Assembly (NCBI GenBank): GCA_038153405.1 | Contig: JAYOYH010000028.1 | Span: 41,821 to 58,377, forward strand | DNA from: Gemmatimonadota bacterium | GTDB taxonomy: Bacteria; Latescibacterota; UBA2968; UBA8231 | Length of the DNA stretch: 16,557 nucleotides | Reading direction: 5' to 3' | Shown here: positions 15,885-16,557 of the stretch, in pieces | Layout: each line of letters begins with the position of its first letter | Numbering within the stretch: position 1 is the first letter of the stretch | The notes under the pieces: generated by a model | Told to the model about the DNA's origin: nothing | Database searches by the model: none | The model's input: the letters and a program-made list of their open reading frames with translations, nothing else | Program-made: the position numbers and the translations under genes

Positions 15885-16557
15885 ATGCTGAAGAAAATAG
15901 CGCTCGTGGTCTGTGCACTTGTATGGAGTGCCCATCCCATTGCGGCTAAACACCACAAAGGGGATGAAACGATGTCGTCGGCTGGCGGGTCTGATCACCC
16001 ACCGGCTCTTGTCATACCCCTATCCGATGGGTTTGAGCCACCGCCGGTAGAAGATGGTCCCGAAGCTTTTGTCGGTGCCGCCCTCGAATTCCTCGATACC
16101 GACGGTGATGAAGCCCTTAGCGGCGAGGAAATACGCGCTGCTATAGATGCGGCAATGCCGGATGGCGATAAGGGCGATAAGGGCGATAAGGGCGATAAGG
16201 GCGATAAGGGCGATAAGGGCGGTAAGGGCGGTAAGGGCGATCGGGGCGATCGAGGCGGTAAGGGCGATCGGGGCGATCGGGGCCATGGGTCAGAGCATCA
16301 CGTGCTGGCTATCCCAGTCCCCGGCGAGTTTGAGCCGCCGGCGCCGGAAGACGGAGCCGAAGCATTTATGGAAGCCGCTTTTGACGCTCTCGATACCGAC
16401 GGCGACGGCACTTTGAGCAAGGATGAAATTGAGGCCGCTCTCGAACACAGGATGGATCGCGGCGATCACGGCGGTGAGCACGGCGGCGATCACGGCGGTG
16501 AGCACGGCGGTGAGCACGGCGGCGATCACGGCGGTGAGCACGGCGGTGAGCACGGCG
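15885..16557 (+). CDS. Secreted repeat protein with EF-hand modules, collagen-like G-X-Y tract and His/Gly-rich tract; 3' end outside window
   Basis: Not in the ORF track because there is no stop. Strong RBS AAGGAGGAG, ATG at 15885, open to the window end: MLKKIALVVCALVWSAHPIAA-KHHKG...LDTDGDEALSGEEI...(GDK)6(GGK)2(GDR)2GGK(GDR)2...FDALDTDGDGTLSKDEI...(G[D/E]HG)8. Confidence 0.88.
   Translation, partial: MLKKIALVVCALVWSAHPIAAKHHKGDETMSSAGGSDHPPALVIPLSDGFEPPPVEDGPEAFVGAALEFLDTDGDEALSGEEIRAAIDAAMPDGDKGDKGDKGDKGDKGDKGGKGGKGDRGDRGGKGDRGDRGHGSEHHVLAIPVPGEFEPPAPEDGAEAFMEAAFDALDTDGDGTLSKDEIEAALEHRMDRGDHGGEHGGDHGGEHGGEHGGDHGGEHGGEHG
16164..16280 (+). repeat. 9-bp tandem repeat x13 encoding G-(D/G)-(K/R) collagen-like triplets
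   Basis: GGCGATAAG x6, GGCGGTAAG x2, GGCGATCGG, GGCGATCGA, GGCGGTAAG, GGCGATCGG x2. Confidence 0.95.
16461..16557 (+). repeat. 12-bp tandem repeat, at least 8 copies, encoding G-(D/E)-H-G; truncated by window edge
   Basis: GGCGATCACGGC (A) and GGTGAGCACGGC (B) in the order ABABBABB. Confidence 0.95.

Noticed and set aside
16095..16427. Lanmodulin-like lanthanide-binding protein
   Set aside because: The loops have Thr, not the Pro typical of lanmodulin, at position 2 and are not adjacent EF-hands. Lanthanide binding is not excluded but not supported.
16020..16553. ORF-track entries 16020..16286, 16147..16416 and 16290..16553 with IAL/RAI/LTAV repeats
   Set aside because: Alternative-frame or antisense readings of the 9-bp and 12-bp repeats. 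The frame from ATG 15885 has the RBS, signal peptide and EF-hands.
16164..16557. Tandem repeats as a possible CRISPR array
   Set aside because: Units are 9 and 12 bp, contiguous with no unique spacers, in frame in a CDS, and no cas genes are present.

Overview
GC-rich bacterial chromosomal segment, mostly housekeeping genes, with no mobile element or CRISPR array. Minus-strand cluster on the left: proC-hisH-hisF-proB-ftsB/divIC-like-recO-glyQS (alpha2 type)-tRNA-Leu(TAG)-tig, with tig running off the left edge. Divergent plus-strand genes: a small histone-H1-like (KAPAK)5 + SWIB protein, a DUF21/CBS (CNNM-like) membrane protein, carA and an Ldh_2-family oxidoreductase. These converge on a minus-strand pair, aroC followed by an 899-aa UxaA/GarD-family protein. 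A plus-strand gene missing from the ORF track starts at 15885 and runs off the right edge. Four things stand out. (1) The UxaA-family protein is an internal tandem duplication whose halves have lost complementary conserved motifs, suggesting a single-chain pseudo-dimer with one composite active site. (2) The 15885 gene encodes a signal peptide, two 46-aa EF-hand modules separated by a proline-free collagen-like (G-X-Y)13 tract, and a (G[D/E]HG)n tract. (3) That gene is preceded by a perfect TGTGA-N6-TCACA CRP-type box at class II (-41.5) spacing. (4) The trigger factor carries an in-frame 12-His (HD)n tract in its C-terminal domain. Family assignments come from motif recognition by eye; no searches were run.
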